This document shows positions 1 to 9,900 of a stretch of DNA of 64,000 nt, piece by piece. Position 1 is the first letter of the stretch, and every line of letters starts with the position of its first letter. This stretch comes from a virus (lineage: Duplodnaviria > Caudoviricetes), in the IMG/VR virus record IMGVR_UViG_3300009648_000003, positions 39,943 to 103,942 of that record; one strand, given 5' to 3'. The notes beneath the pieces were generated by a model. It was not told the origin of the DNA. It ran no database searches and was given only the letters and a program-made list of their open reading frames with translations. The position numbers were made by a program, and so were the translations under genes.

Positions 1-275
1 AACCTATTCAATTCTTCAACCCCTGCTTCTATAAGAATATCTAATTCCTCATCAGATATTTTGAATTTCTCTAAAACTTTTTGTCTCACATAATCTTTTC
101 GTTCATTGAAGTCTATTATTCCTACTTCTGCTAATTGTTCAGCTGCTCTTATACAAAATTCTACCCATTTTTCGAGGTTATACTGTTTTATAATTTCAAT
201 TATATATGCACCTATAACTAATACAACAACTCTTACACCATATTCCACAATAGTCATTAAAATTTCTTTTGTCAT
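1..275 (-). CDS. Holin, LL-H-like (runs off window edge; not in ORF track)
   Basis: Hand translation from ATG 275 behind RBS GGAGGTG gives MTKEILMTIVEYGVRVVVLVIGAYIIEIIKQYNLEKWVEFCIRAAEQL...KDYVRQKV...LDILIEAGVEELNR. One N-terminal TM segment plus AAEQ and IEA.V motifs; lies directly downstream of the endolysin. Confidence 0.75.
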   Translation of the reverse strand, partial: MTKEILMTIVEYGVRVVVLVIGAYIIEIIKQYNLEKWVEFCIRAAEQLAEVGIIDFNERKDYVRQKVLEKFKISDEELDILIEAGVEELNR

Positions 276-287
276 TTCCCCACCTCC

Positions 288-1073
288 TTAATCTGTTATA
301 CGATCAACAATAGCCCAAAATAGCCATTGTGGGGTATCTTCACCCAGAGATTTCTTCCACATTTCTGGGCTATCCACTATTGGATTACCTTTATTATCTT
401 TTTTCTTACTTAATGAAGAAATAGCGTCTTTACCCATTTCTTCTTGCCATTTTGCTAATTTCACTTGAATCACCTCATCTACTTTTTGATTAATCTTTTC
501 ATCATATCTTTTTTGTACATCACTAATCAATTTATCCCATTCTTTTGGATTTTGAACATAATATCGTGGACAATCCTTGCCTGTTACATCATAGTGTCTC
601 CAAATTGTATCCTTACTGGGGGTTAAATTAAAGTCTATAAGCAAATCTGCGACTCGGTTTATAACTGTTCTATACGTGGTATTAGAATATTTACCATTCC
701 AATCTGGGTGGCATACCTCTATACCATAGAGATAGTAATTAGGAGAATTATTTAATAACTCCCTAACTCTTGGTTTGTAACTTTTTGCTCCCACATGGTA
801 AGCTATTTCAGTCTTTGGTATACAAAGTACTACTTCCCCTTGCAACCCTATTATTTCATGAGAAGAGGCATATCTATCTCCATTTTTACCTTGATTTTTT
901 AAATTATTAAAATAGTTTCTATTAGCCCTTGCTGTTGAACCTGGATTAGCCACCCAATGTAATGCAATTCCTTTTATAGCTTTCATCTTTTTTTGTGGGC
1001 GGGAATATGGATTAGGTTCTAAATAAGATTTAATAATCTCATATTCTTTCGTCATCATCATCCACCTCCTCAT
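288..1073 (-). CDS. Endolysin, N-acetylmuramoyl-L-alanine amidase (Amidase_2 type); true start probably ~1055-1058
   Basis: Motifs ALHWVAN, YASSH, AYHVG, GIEVCH, RHYDVTGKDCP (Zn ligands H/H/C); flanked by holins. Confidence 0.9.
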   Translation of the reverse strand: MRRWMMMTKEYEIIKSYLEPNPYSRPQKKMKAIKGIALHWVANPGSTARANRNYFNNLKNQGKNGDRYASSHEIIGLQGEVVLCIPKTEIAYHVGAKSYKPRVRELLNNSPNYYLYGIEVCHPDWNGKYSNTTYRTVINRVADLLIDFNLTPSKDTIWRHYDVTGKDCPRYYVQNPKEWDKLISDVQKRYDEKINQKVDEVIQVKLAKWQEEMGKDAISSLSKKKDNKGNPIVDSPEMWKKSLGEDTPQWLFWAIVDRITD

Positions 1074-1560
1074 CTTTTAGTATTTCTTTCTCTTTCCTTT
1101 TTGTGAAAAGTAATAACCATTCTATATCAGCACCTGCATCCCCAAAGTTTTCTAGCATACTCTGAAATTCTCTAAGAAATAAAACTGTATATACTACAGT
1201 AGCCATAAACTTACTCACAGAAGCAAAAGCATTTGGCAAAGCATTTAATTGGTAGCTTGCTCCTACCATAATGGAAATAGAAAGATAGGTAATTAATTTT
1301 ACTTTTGTACCCTCCCATAAAGTTTTTGAAAATATTTTTCCATTTTTAAATGCTTTGATAAATCCCCCATTATTGTAAGCTATTGCTGTGTATTTACTAA
1401 AAATATCCATTAAAACTGCGATACCTAAAGCTATAGCTGCATTTTTATATGCTTGCTCAGGAAACATAACATAATTTAGAAACGTGAGTATAAATCCAAA
1501 AACAATTTTTAAACTTGATATAGCTTTGTTTAAGTAGTTTTTTAATTGTTCTATAAACAA
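1039..1560 (-). CDS. Holin (multi-TM, Phage_holin_4_1-like)
   Basis: Several TM segments, LMDIFS..S.TLWEG..K..Y and REFQSMLENF..AG motifs, charged C-tail; overlaps the endolysin start. Confidence 0.8.
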   Translation of the reverse strand: MFIEQLKNYLNKAISSLKIVFGFILTFLNYVMFPEQAYKNAAIALGIAVLMDIFSKYTAIAYNNGGFIKAFKNGKIFSKTLWEGTKVKLITYLSISIMVGASYQLNALPNAFASVSKFMATVVYTVLFLREFQSMLENFGDAGADIEWLLLFTKRKEKEILKDEEVDDDDERI

Positions 1561-1590
1561 ATTAGTCCCTCCCTCTATTACCCCATATAG

Positions 1591-1620
1591 TAGCTTAGGT
1601 ATATATAGAGAGAAGGTATC
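1591..1620 (-). promoter_or_regulatory. Putative late-class phage promoter (GATAC-N15-ACCTAAGCTA)
   Basis: Motif shared with 34444-34474 and 58080-58110; immediately upstream of the lysis cassette RBS. Confidence 0.55.
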
Positions 1621-2390
1621 TAATCTTTTATTTCTTTTAATATTTTTCTTACTTTGTTCATTGTTCTAGTTATTGTTATTTTTGAGATGTCTTCTTTTTT
1701 GGCTATTTCTTCATGTGTTTCACCATTTAGTTTTGCTTTAAAAATTCTTTTATCTCTGTCATTTAACTGCGATTTAACAGCCTCTAATAGTTGATCTAAA
1801 TATATTTTTTCAACAATTTCTTCTTCAACATTAATATTTACATCTTTGAGTTCGTATTTATAATTAGGTATTTCATTGTTTTCATATTTATTTTTCTTAC
1901 AGAATGGGATAAATTCAGGCAAGCTTCCCACAGTTAAAATTTTCTGTACTTTATCTATATCTTCTTCTATTTCCTCTGCAATTTTTTGTACAGGTATAAA
2001 TTTATCGTAGTATAAATTCTCTGTACAATTCATGATTTTTACATTCAAGTCATGTGCTGATCTAGGAAGTTTAATTAACCTTCCTTTTGTTCTTATATAG
2101 TCTTTTACCTCCCCCGCAATAATTGCGGGGGCATAGGTTGTGAATAATACACCTTTTGTACAATCAAAATTATCAACAGCCTTTATAAAACCAATTCTAC
2201 CTATTTGTTGTACATCATCTTTCTCCATACCATTGTATTTTGCTAATTTAACTGGGTCACCTACATAGTTTCTAATTGAAAACCAAATTAAATCTTCATT
2301 GTGTATTATTAATTCTCCTAAGTATTCTCTATCTGTTTTAGCTCTTTCAATATTTTCATTATCATGTAACGAATACTTTTTTTCTGCCAT
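1620..2390 (-). CDS. Sigma-70 family sigma factor, SigF/SigG/SigB-like
   Basis: Region 2 DDVQQIGRIGFIKAVDNFD..KG..FTTYA...IAGEVKDYIR, IKLPRS, a region 3 HTH and region 4 THEEIAK...ISKITITR. Confidence 0.9.
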   Translation of the reverse strand: MAEKKYSLHDNENIERAKTDREYLGELIIHNEDLIWFSIRNYVGDPVKLAKYNGMEKDDVQQIGRIGFIKAVDNFDCTKGVLFTTYAPAIIAGEVKDYIRTKGRLIKLPRSAHDLNVKIMNCTENLYYDKFIPVQKIAEEIEEDIDKVQKILTVGSLPEFIPFCKKNKYENNEIPNYKYELKDVNINVEEEIVEKIYLDQLLEAVKSQLNDRDKRIFKAKLNGETHEEIAKKEDISKITITRTMNKVRKILKEIKD

Positions 2391-2424
2391 TTTAAAATCT
2401 CCTTAAATGAATAAAAGGCAAGAT

Positions 2425-2709
2425 TTACTCACCTTTTATTCTTCTTTTTGTAGACGAAGACATCTGAACTACAACCGTTTTTGTAGCTGGTATTATTGTA
2501 GGTTTTCCTGTGTGTAAATCTTTAGCTCTTTTAGCTTTTCTTTCTCTTACCTTAAAGTTGAAAAAGTTATTTAACATAACATCATTCCCAGCTTCTAATT
2601 GAGAAACAATAACTTCTGCTACCTGGTCTAATCTTTCCTTAGCTTCAGCTGTGGATATATTATAGGTATCAGCATAAATTTTGGTTAATTCGGCTTTATT
2701 TATTTTCAT
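2425..2709 (-). CDS. HU/IHF family DNA-binding protein
   Basis: 94 aa; NKAEL..., DVML.NF.NFKVRERKAKRAKDLHTG....IPATKTV. Confidence 0.9.
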   Translation of the reverse strand: MKINKAELTKIYADTYNISTAEAKERLDQVAEVIVSQLEAGNDVMLNNFFNFKVRERKAKRAKDLHTGKPTIIPATKTVVVQMSSSTKRRIKGE

Positions 2710-3407
2710 TTTAATTCCTCCTCAATTCTTTCTTTTTCTTTTTGTACTCTGTTATAAACAGATTTTACTTTTTCGTAGTATTTTGTATTATAAGTGCCTC
2801 TGTTTACATTACCTTGACCTTGATTGTATGCTATAGTGGCTATTTTTCTATCACCATATTCATTTTTTAAATAGGTGTAGTATTTAAATCCTGCTTCAAC
2901 ATTTTTAGATGGTTCATGTAATTGTTCTTTAGAAACTCCGTATATTTTAGCCGTACTAGGTATAATTTGCATTAATCCTCTTGCCCCTTTTTTTGAAATA
3001 GCATTTGTATCAAATCTACTTTCTGTGTACATCATAGATAACATCCAATATGGGTCTAGTTCTTCTTTTTTAGAGTTTGTAACAATTAATTTTGAAATAT
3101 TTCTTGCCTCTTGATTAGATATTTTTGGCTGTAATTTTTTTATAATTAAAGAAATTATTGATTCATCTGTTAAAGATTCCGAAGATGAATTTTCTTTTTT
3201 TGTGAAGACTTTGGCAGGTAAAAATTCTTCTTTATATGGTTTCTTTTTGTTTTCTTTTCCTATGCTATTTAAACTTTCTTCTTTTTCCATGTTGTGTGAG
3301 TTTTCTTCTTTTATTTCATCTTTAGATGGGGCTGGAGGAGCAAAACTAGTGGTACACAATACTACCATAAAAAGTCCTACTATTAGTATAGTAGACTTAA
3401 ACTTCAT
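2706..3407 (-). CDS. Lytic transglycosylase (SLT domain) with N-terminal signal peptide/anchor
   Basis: TESRF...A.S.KGARGLMQI.P.TA, AYNQG.G; hydrophobic N-terminus. Confidence 0.9.
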   Translation of the reverse strand: MKFKSTILIVGLFMVVLCTTSFAPPAPSKDEIKEENSHNMEKEESLNSIGKENKKKPYKEEFLPAKVFTKKENSSSESLTDESIISLIIKKLQPKISNQEARNISKLIVTNSKKEELDPYWMLSMMYTESRFDTNAISKKGARGLMQIIPSTAKIYGVSKEQLHEPSKNVEAGFKYYTYLKNEYGDRKIATIAYNQGQGNVNRGTYNTKYYEKVKSVYNRVQKEKERIEEELK

Positions 3408-3408
3408 T

Positions 3409-4002
3409 TTATATGAACTCCTTTCTTTGCAAATAATAAATTATTGCTTCATGTAATTGCTCTGGATTCGCCTTTCCCACATGAATAGGTATTATAGTTG
3501 GATTATTCTTTGCTAGGAGTGTATAAACTCTTCTGGCTCTATTAAGAAATTCTAAATCTTTTTCAAAAAGATCTTCTCGTTGTTCTTTTCTTTTTATAGA
3601 TTCTTCTACAGATATATCCAATAAAAAAACTATATCAGGTTTTCTAACATACTCTTGCAATATATTTAACCAATTATAACTTAGGTTGTTAGCAACACCA
3701 AAGGCTATATTTGAATGGGTGTATCGGTCTAATATTAAAAAATCACACCCTGATTTTTCTAGATCTTCTATTGTTTTCATAAAATCTATTCTATCTACTT
3801 CATACAGCATATGGTGAGCTTCTGGTGTTAAAGTTACTTTACCTTCTAAGGACTTTTTTATTAACTTCCCCAATTCTGTATCATATCTTGGAAAAGATTC
3901 AAAAGCTGTATTATACCCTTTTTCTTTTAAGTAACTATTGAGTAGTCTTGCTTGTGTTTCTTTACCAGATGCATCTATACCTTCAAATGAGATAATTTTC
4001 AT
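3409..4002 (-). CDS. tmk: Thymidylate kinase
   Basis: FEGIDASGKETQ P-loop, FPRY, LDRY..S, KPDIVFLLD. Confidence 0.92.
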   Translation of the reverse strand: MKIISFEGIDASGKETQARLLNSYLKEKGYNTAFESFPRYDTELGKLIKKSLEGKVTLTPEAHHMLYEVDRIDFMKTIEDLEKSGCDFLILDRYTHSNIAFGVANNLSYNWLNILQEYVRKPDIVFLLDISVEESIKRKEQREDLFEKDLEFLNRARRVYTLLAKNNPTIIPIHVGKANPEQLHEAIIYYLQRKEFI

Positions 4003-4484
4003 CTTTTCAACTCCTTAGCATTATCAAAACTTGTTCCAAACCCACCCCTGTCTTTGTTACCTAAATATTTTACTTCTTTGAGTTCAACATCAGGTAAGCT
4101 CAGAAAAATTGCTTGACAAACTTTATCTCCTGGGTTTAGTGTCACAACTTTTTCTGATTCATTTTTAAATTCTGCTCCCCATATATCTTTATCTCCTCTG
4201 TATAGGGAGTCTATGACCCCGACTCCATTAGTTAATTTTAATCCCCATTTGCGATAAGTGGAGCTTCGTTGGAACACTAATCCAACCATTCCTTCTGGAA
4301 TTTCAGTTGCTACATTTAAACTTACAAACACTACCTCCCCAGGTTTTATCTCCATAGGGGCGGGAATGTTGGCGAATAAATCAAATCCTGCATTTAAAGG
4401 ATTATCTCTATGAAGGGCGGGAAGCTCTTTATTCTCCCTCTTGTATTTAATAACTTTAGGCAACTTACATCTACAATTACTCAT
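3999..4484 (-). CDS. dut: Trimeric dUTPase
   Basis: AGFDL, QRSS, GVIDSLYRG, GDKVCQ, RGGFGTS motifs I-V. Confidence 0.93.
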   Translation of the reverse strand: MSNCRCKLPKVIKYKRENKELPALHRDNPLNAGFDLFANIPAPMEIKPGEVVFVSLNVATEIPEGMVGLVFQRSSTYRKWGLKLTNGVGVIDSLYRGDKDIWGAEFKNESEKVVTLNPGDKVCQAIFLSLPDVELKEVKYLGNKDRGGFGTSFDNAKELKR

Positions 4485-4485
4485 A

Positions 4486-4926
4486 TTAGATTCCTCCTCT
4501 TTCCTTTAACAATTCTAGATTCTCATAAATATTACCAATAACCTCAACCAATTCCCAAGTAACATCGTCTATATAATACTTGTGCTTTATTTCTTGCAAA
4601 ACATATCTATCTTTCGCCCAAACCACTTTGAATTTTGCTATATCTATATCTTTGTGAACATTTCTATCGTATAAAACTATATCTGCTTCATAAATTTCTT
4701 TTCCGTTTTTATCATGAGACCCTATAAAAAGCATAAGTTCGTATTCGTCCTCTGGCACTATACCATGCCAATGCCAATTTTTATAAGTATCCATAACTCC
4801 TAAATTCCCGTTAAAGTCAAGCACAGGTATAATTGTTGCAAATTTTCTAGGCATAATCATTCTGTTATTTCTCTTATCCCATATCCTAAATTTAATTTTC
4901 ATTTTCCAATCCCTCCAAATACTCAT
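4486..4926 (-). CDS. YopX family protein
   Basis: IKFRIWD...DKNGKEIYEADIV...EVIGNIYEN.ELL. Confidence 0.9.
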   Translation of the reverse strand: MSIWRDWKMKIKFRIWDKRNNRMIMPRKFATIIPVLDFNGNLGVMDTYKNWHWHGIVPEDEYELMLFIGSHDKNGKEIYEADIVLYDRNVHKDIDIAKFKVVWAKDRYVLQEIKHKYYIDDVTWELVEVIGNIYENLELLKERGGI

Positions 4927-4932
4927 TGTGTA

Positions 4933-5181
4933 TTACTTCTCTTCCAGTTCTTTTAATGTTATTAATGAAGTATCCACCCTGTATCTTTGTCCGTTGCAAA
5001 ATAGCTCTATCAAGCATAGCTTTTCATCATACCATTTAATCAATTCGCCTCTGGCATAATGACCACTTGGTTGCCCTTTATAATTAAATTCAAAGTCTTT
5101 ATGAATTATCTCTACACAAGTTCCTTCTTCCAAAATGCTTACCTCCTTAACATAGGCATTGGTGCTATGCCAAAATCCCAA
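4933..5181 (-). CDS. Hypothetical protein
   Basis: 82-aa ORF in a tightly packed operon. Confidence 0.55.
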   Translation of the reverse strand: MGFWHSTNAYVKEVSILEEGTCVEIIHKDFEFNYKGQPSGHYARGELIKWYDEKLCLIELFCNGQRYRVDTSLITLKELEEK

Positions 5182-5429
5182 ACACTTTCATGTCCACACC
5201 AACTGCATCTATAAGTCACTACCCCATCTTCATTTGATATAAAACTATCTCTAACTAAATCATTGTTACACTTGGGACACCAACAGTATGTTCTATTAAC
5301 TAACTTAGAGAATATATATTTTTTATTTTTACTATGAAATTCAGTCTTCCCACACTTTCTACATTGCACTAATACCACTTTGTCTGGTTTTTTCTTATAT
5401 TCCCATTCATGCCTACATAGGATTTTCAT
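5139..5429 (-). CDS. Small Zn-ribbon hypothetical protein
   Basis: C.H.W, CRKCG, CPKC, CSWCG pairs; RBS GGAGGG. Confidence 0.65.
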   Translation of the reverse strand: MKILCRHEWEYKKKPDKVVLVQCRKCGKTEFHSKNKKYIFSKLVNRTYCWCPKCNNDLVRDSFISNEDGVVTYRCSWCGHESVWDFGIAPMPMLRR

Positions 5430-5486
5430 TTTAGCCCTCCTTTCATATAATAAATATTAAATACACTTAATACGTGTAATGTTTAG

Positions 5487-5885
5487 CTAATCTTTAAACG
5501 TACTTAATACATTGAGAATACCTTTCTGAATTTCATCTACAACATCTTCTATTATGTTATCTAAATCTATTTCATCAATTACTCCTTCTTTGTTCCATTC
5601 TTTAAACCTTTGTATTGATACTTTTTTAGCTGCGTCTAATAAGCAATCTTTATAATCTACAAACCAATCGCTAATATCATCTATTACTGTATTTTCAAGG
5701 AACGCTTGTTTTTCTAACGCTTCTATAGCTTCTGATATTGCTTCAAACGCTATTTTCTCACTTTCTTCATCTGTTAATCCTCTATTTCTACTTTCTACAT
5801 AATCAGGTATTACACTACTTATTAAATCCAGATTATCAACAATTTCTTTAATATCCATAAATATTCTCTCCTTTCCTTCTTTCAC
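5487..5885 (-). CDS. Hypothetical protein
   Basis: Acidic ORF; likely start MDIKEI behind AGGAGAG. Confidence 0.6.
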   Translation of the reverse strand: MKEGKERIFMDIKEIVDNLDLISSVIPDYVESRNRGLTDEESEKIAFEAISEAIEALEKQAFLENTVIDDISDWFVDYKDCLLDAAKKVSIQRFKEWNKEGVIDEIDLDNIIEDVVDEIQKGILNVLSTFKD

Positions 5886-5895
5886 ATAAATAACA

Positions 5896-6027
5896 CTAAT
5901 CGCAATTAAAACCTTTTAATAGTTCGGGTATTTCCATAAGCAATTCGCAGTAGGTGGTTTCATCTTTTTCTGCCTTATCAAGATATTCTCGTAGTTCTTT
6001 TATTAATTGTTTTTTACTTGCTTCCAT
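5896..6027 (-). CDS. Small hypothetical protein (43 aa; below ORF-track cutoff)
   Basis: GGGAGGA RBS followed by MEASKKQLIKELREYLDKAEKDETTYCELLMEIPELLKGFNCD*. Confidence 0.6.
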   Translation of the reverse strand: MEASKKQLIKELREYLDKAEKDETTYCELLMEIPELLKGFNCD

Positions 6028-6094
6028 CTTTAATCCTCCCATCTATTACACATAATAATCATGATGTATATTAGATTTTTAATACTCTCTAATC

Positions 6095-6316
6095 CTATTC
6101 TAAAGGCATCTCATAGTAATCTACTTGAAACATTTCTCTTAATACTTCTTCTGCTCTTTCTCTACTTTTGTATTTTCCTATACAAACACTTCCTTTATCC
6201 CCCTCCCACATTCTTGCAAAAATGAACCCATCCTCATATATTTCTACATATTGAGGATTAACAAGGTACCATCCATTTTGGCTCAAAATGGTTTTCACTA
6301 TTAACACCCCTCCCAC
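6095..6316 (-). CDS. Hypothetical protein
   Basis: IGKYKSRERAEEVLREM..YYEMP resembles small Firmicute phage ORFs. Confidence 0.6.
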   Translation of the reverse strand: MGGVLIVKTILSQNGWYLVNPQYVEIYEDGFIFARMWEGDKGSVCIGKYKSRERAEEVLREMFQVDYYEMPLE

Positions 6317-6687
6317 TATTTAGGCAGAATAATTTTACTTATTTTATCAGCATCATGTTCTGCTAACATTTTCATATATTCTTTTTCAGTTAATTCTTTT
6401 AGTAAACTTTTTTCTTCAGATATTACATAAGCCATTCCATCACACAAAAGAATTTTAAAGATAGTTTTTGGTTTTTCAAAAAATTCGTCTGTTTTATAGT
6501 TGTAAGCAAAACATGATTTTTCATACCCAGCAATTTTTCCTGCAAACCAAGCATTTACTATTACATAATCTTTTTCCATTGGATCATAAGTTAAATGTTC
6601 GTTTGTTGGTGCATAGATATATTTTCCTATTAAATCTTTTAATAATGTTTCAGTTAAAGGTTCATTTTCTTTTTTTATAATTTTCAT
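6316..6687 (-). CDS. Hypothetical protein
   Basis: RBS GGAGGGG; first gene behind a middle-class promoter. Confidence 0.7.
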   Translation of the reverse strand: MKIIKKENEPLTETLLKDLIGKYIYAPTNEHLTYDPMEKDYVIVNAWFAGKIAGYEKSCFAYNYKTDEFFEKPKTIFKILLCDGMAYVISEEKSLLKELTEKEYMKMLAEHDADKISKIILPK

Positions 6688-6714
6688 TTAGTCCCCTCCT
6701 CTTTTCTTCACTCT

Positions 6715-6744
6715 TAATATACGATTAAAATTAATTTATGAATA
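6715..6744 (-). promoter_or_regulatory. Putative middle-class phage promoter (TATTCA-N14-TCGTATATTA)
   Basis: One of 4 copies with identical spacing; directly downstream of a terminator. Confidence 0.75.
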
Positions 6745-6746
6745 AT

Positions 6747-6770
6747 AAAAACCCCTAATTAGGGGTTTTT
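6747..6770 (-). terminator. Intrinsic terminator (could act bidirectionally)
   Basis: Perfect palindrome AAAAACCCCTAATTAGGGGTTTTT downstream of nrdJ. Confidence 0.8.
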
Positions 6771-6938
6771 TATCAAAAATTCTATTTTTGTACACAAATT
6801 TTTATAAATTAGTCTTAGACGCTTGTATAGCTTATTAGAGCGATTTTGCACCTTTACTATACTTAGTATATTGGGCACTTAATAATCTTTCAATGTAGCT
6901 TGATTAAACAAGTGATTTTTTAGAGAGATGAATTTTTT

Positions 6939-9900
6939 TTAATTATTTTTTGATTTTTTATCAATATTTAGAATCTGTGTGTCTCTACTTCCATCTACAT
7001 AAACAGTTATACCTTTTAGCCCTTTTTTATATGCTAGTTCGTAAAGTTTTTTATTATCTTCAACTGTAAAAGTGGCGGGGGCATTGACAGTTTTAGAAAT
7101 ACTACTATCTATCCATTTCTGAGCAGCTGCTTGGACTAATACATGTTCTTCAGGAGTTAATTCCATAGCACTAACATAGTAATCAGGAAGTTCGGTAGCG
7201 TTAGGGTTCTCTTCAAAATACTTTTGTGCTATAGGAGCATTAATTTCTATAAACTCTCCCATCCTCCCACTTCTATAATATTTAAAAGCAAAATAAGGTT
7301 CTATACCATTACCAACTCCAATCATACTGCCTGTACTTCCTACAGGTGCTATAGTTAAACTGGTTACATTTCTTATACCATATTTTCGTATTTTTTCTCT
7401 TATACTTCTTGGCATTTGTTTCATATATCCTGATTCTAAAAATTTATCTTTATCAAAATAATAGAAAGATCCTTTTTCTTTTGCTAAATTAACTGATTCA
7501 TCATAAGAGACTAAAGCAATGAATTTTAATAATTTTTCTGTTAATTCTATCATTTCAGGACTGCCATATCTTAATTTTTGGTTAATCATTAAATCAGCTA
7601 ATCCTGTTATTCCTTTCCCAACTCTTCTCTCTCTTTTTGACATTTTTTCATTTTCATCTATGAAGTAATAACTAGCATCAATAACATCATCACTAAATCT
7701 TTGGGATATTCTTGTAATTTTTTCTAACAATTCATAGTCTATTTTTCCATCCTTACTTATTTCAGCTAAATTTATTGCACCTAAATTACAAACCCCGTAT
7801 TTAGGGAGCCCCTGCTCCGCACAGTTATGAACGATAAGACCATTGGTATTGTAATGATGCATTGTATCAACAGTAATGTCATATACATCCTCTATTCCGT
7901 CAAATTTTATAGATTTAATCTTTAGTATTTTTTTCTTTTTTTCTATAACTGAAGAGTTCTTTGTTTTTCTTTCCATCATAGTTTTATTTTTGTATTCAGT
8001 TAAAAACCCTATTTTCTTAAAAGTAACATCGTAAACCATTATTTTATAAGTTGTATCATTATTTCTTATCTTACCATCAGAGGATTTGTATTTTCTTGCA
8101 TTATTATGAACTGATATACTAGAGTACACCCCAAATTCTTTTAAAATTCTTTGGATATGAAGTAAAAACTGTTTATTATTTGAATATAAAGTTGCTATTC
8201 CCTCACATCTAGAACTACCATCACAAGTAAACAGTGCTCGTAATAAGCCTAGTTTCATATCTTTTGTTAATTTATCATAATCAATATCAAATTTATTTGT
8301 TTCACTATTTATTTTTAAGTCCTTTAAAAGTTTTTGTCTATACTCATACTTACATATTCGACCTTCATAACAAGTATTTGGTTTACTTGCATGGGGTTTA
8401 AATTCAAAGTTTGGATCATATTTTCTTAACATCTGCTCAAGTCTGTCTCTGTATTCAAACTCATTTTCACCTACTGCAATAGCAATCCATCCTCTTTTAC
8501 TTATTTCATCTTGTTTGTATAACGCCCCATCCGCTAGTAACCAACCTAATAGTATACCTTTCTCGTATTCTTCTTGATTTGTAACTACAGGTTCAAAAAC
8601 AGGGGTATAGTCTACTAATACTTTAGAACCTTCCTTTAAATATCTTAATTCTATATCACCCTCAGGTGTTGTTACTCTATGATTATCTGTCATTCTAATT
8701 TCAGTACCGTTTTCTAAAGTTACCTTATAAACTTCTTTAGTTCCTGTTTTAAACATTGGAGTAGATTTATATTTCTTTCCTCCTAAAACAATATGGTCAA
8801 CAATATTTTCAATCTTCTTAAATCCATCTTCTGTTAGAATATATTCTCCTTTAGGTTGACATGGATTTGTAATCATAATAGTTGTGTAATAATATGAATT
8901 AGCTTCTTTATTATATCTATCAATAAAGATAACTCCGGGCTCTGCTGAGTATCTAGCACATATATTTATTAAATCCCATAAATCTCTAGCAGGTATTGTT
9001 TCATATACTTTTGTAGGTAGTCCTCTTCTTTCCCATTCTTCTATTAATCCATTCATATTAACCCACTCTGTATCATATATTTCTTTCTGTTCTTTAGTTA
9101 AATTTTCTAGATCAGGGTATTTTAATTCCCACATATCCCCCGCCTTCACTTTTTCCATGAAGTCATCTGTAATTAATACAGATATATTAGCACCACTCAT
9201 GAATTCCTTATCAACCACATCTACAGGGTTTCCGTTCTCGTCTCTTATAAGATACATTTCAGCTATTTCAGCAATACGTGGGTTGGTGTGGTTGCTCAAT
9301 AGATCTAATAGATAAGGATTTTGTATTTTACACATAGTAAATTCGAGTATATCTGGGTGCCATATATGCTGTCCTATCATTTGGGCTCCACGGCGGGAAC
9401 CTGCTTGAGATATTAAATGAGTAAGTTCAGATAGATAATTAGCCCACGAAATACTACCACTGGAAAATCCATTTACTCCTTTTACAACCGCATTTCTAGG
9501 TCTTAATGTTGATATACAACTGCCAACACCACCACCTCTACTCATGATTTCTGTAGCAGTTTTAATATGATCTATTATACCGCCCCTGCTATCAGGAACA
9601 TTCCCCAATGAAAAACAATTAAACAGAGTTACATCAGCAGGGTTCCCAGCACCATATAATATTCTACCCCCTGGAATATAGTATTTATTAGAAATCATCC
9701 AATAAAAATCTTTAAACACTTCATCTTGTTTATCGGGGTTTTCTACCCCTGCTATAGCTTTAGCAACTCTATAAGCAATCTGTTCCCAATAAATTTCTAA
9801 TGGTTTAGTTATTTCTCCTTTAGATTTTTCTAAATTCTTTAAATCAACACCTTCTACGTATTGTGGGTATTCTATGTCAACAGTTACCCTGTCACCTTGA

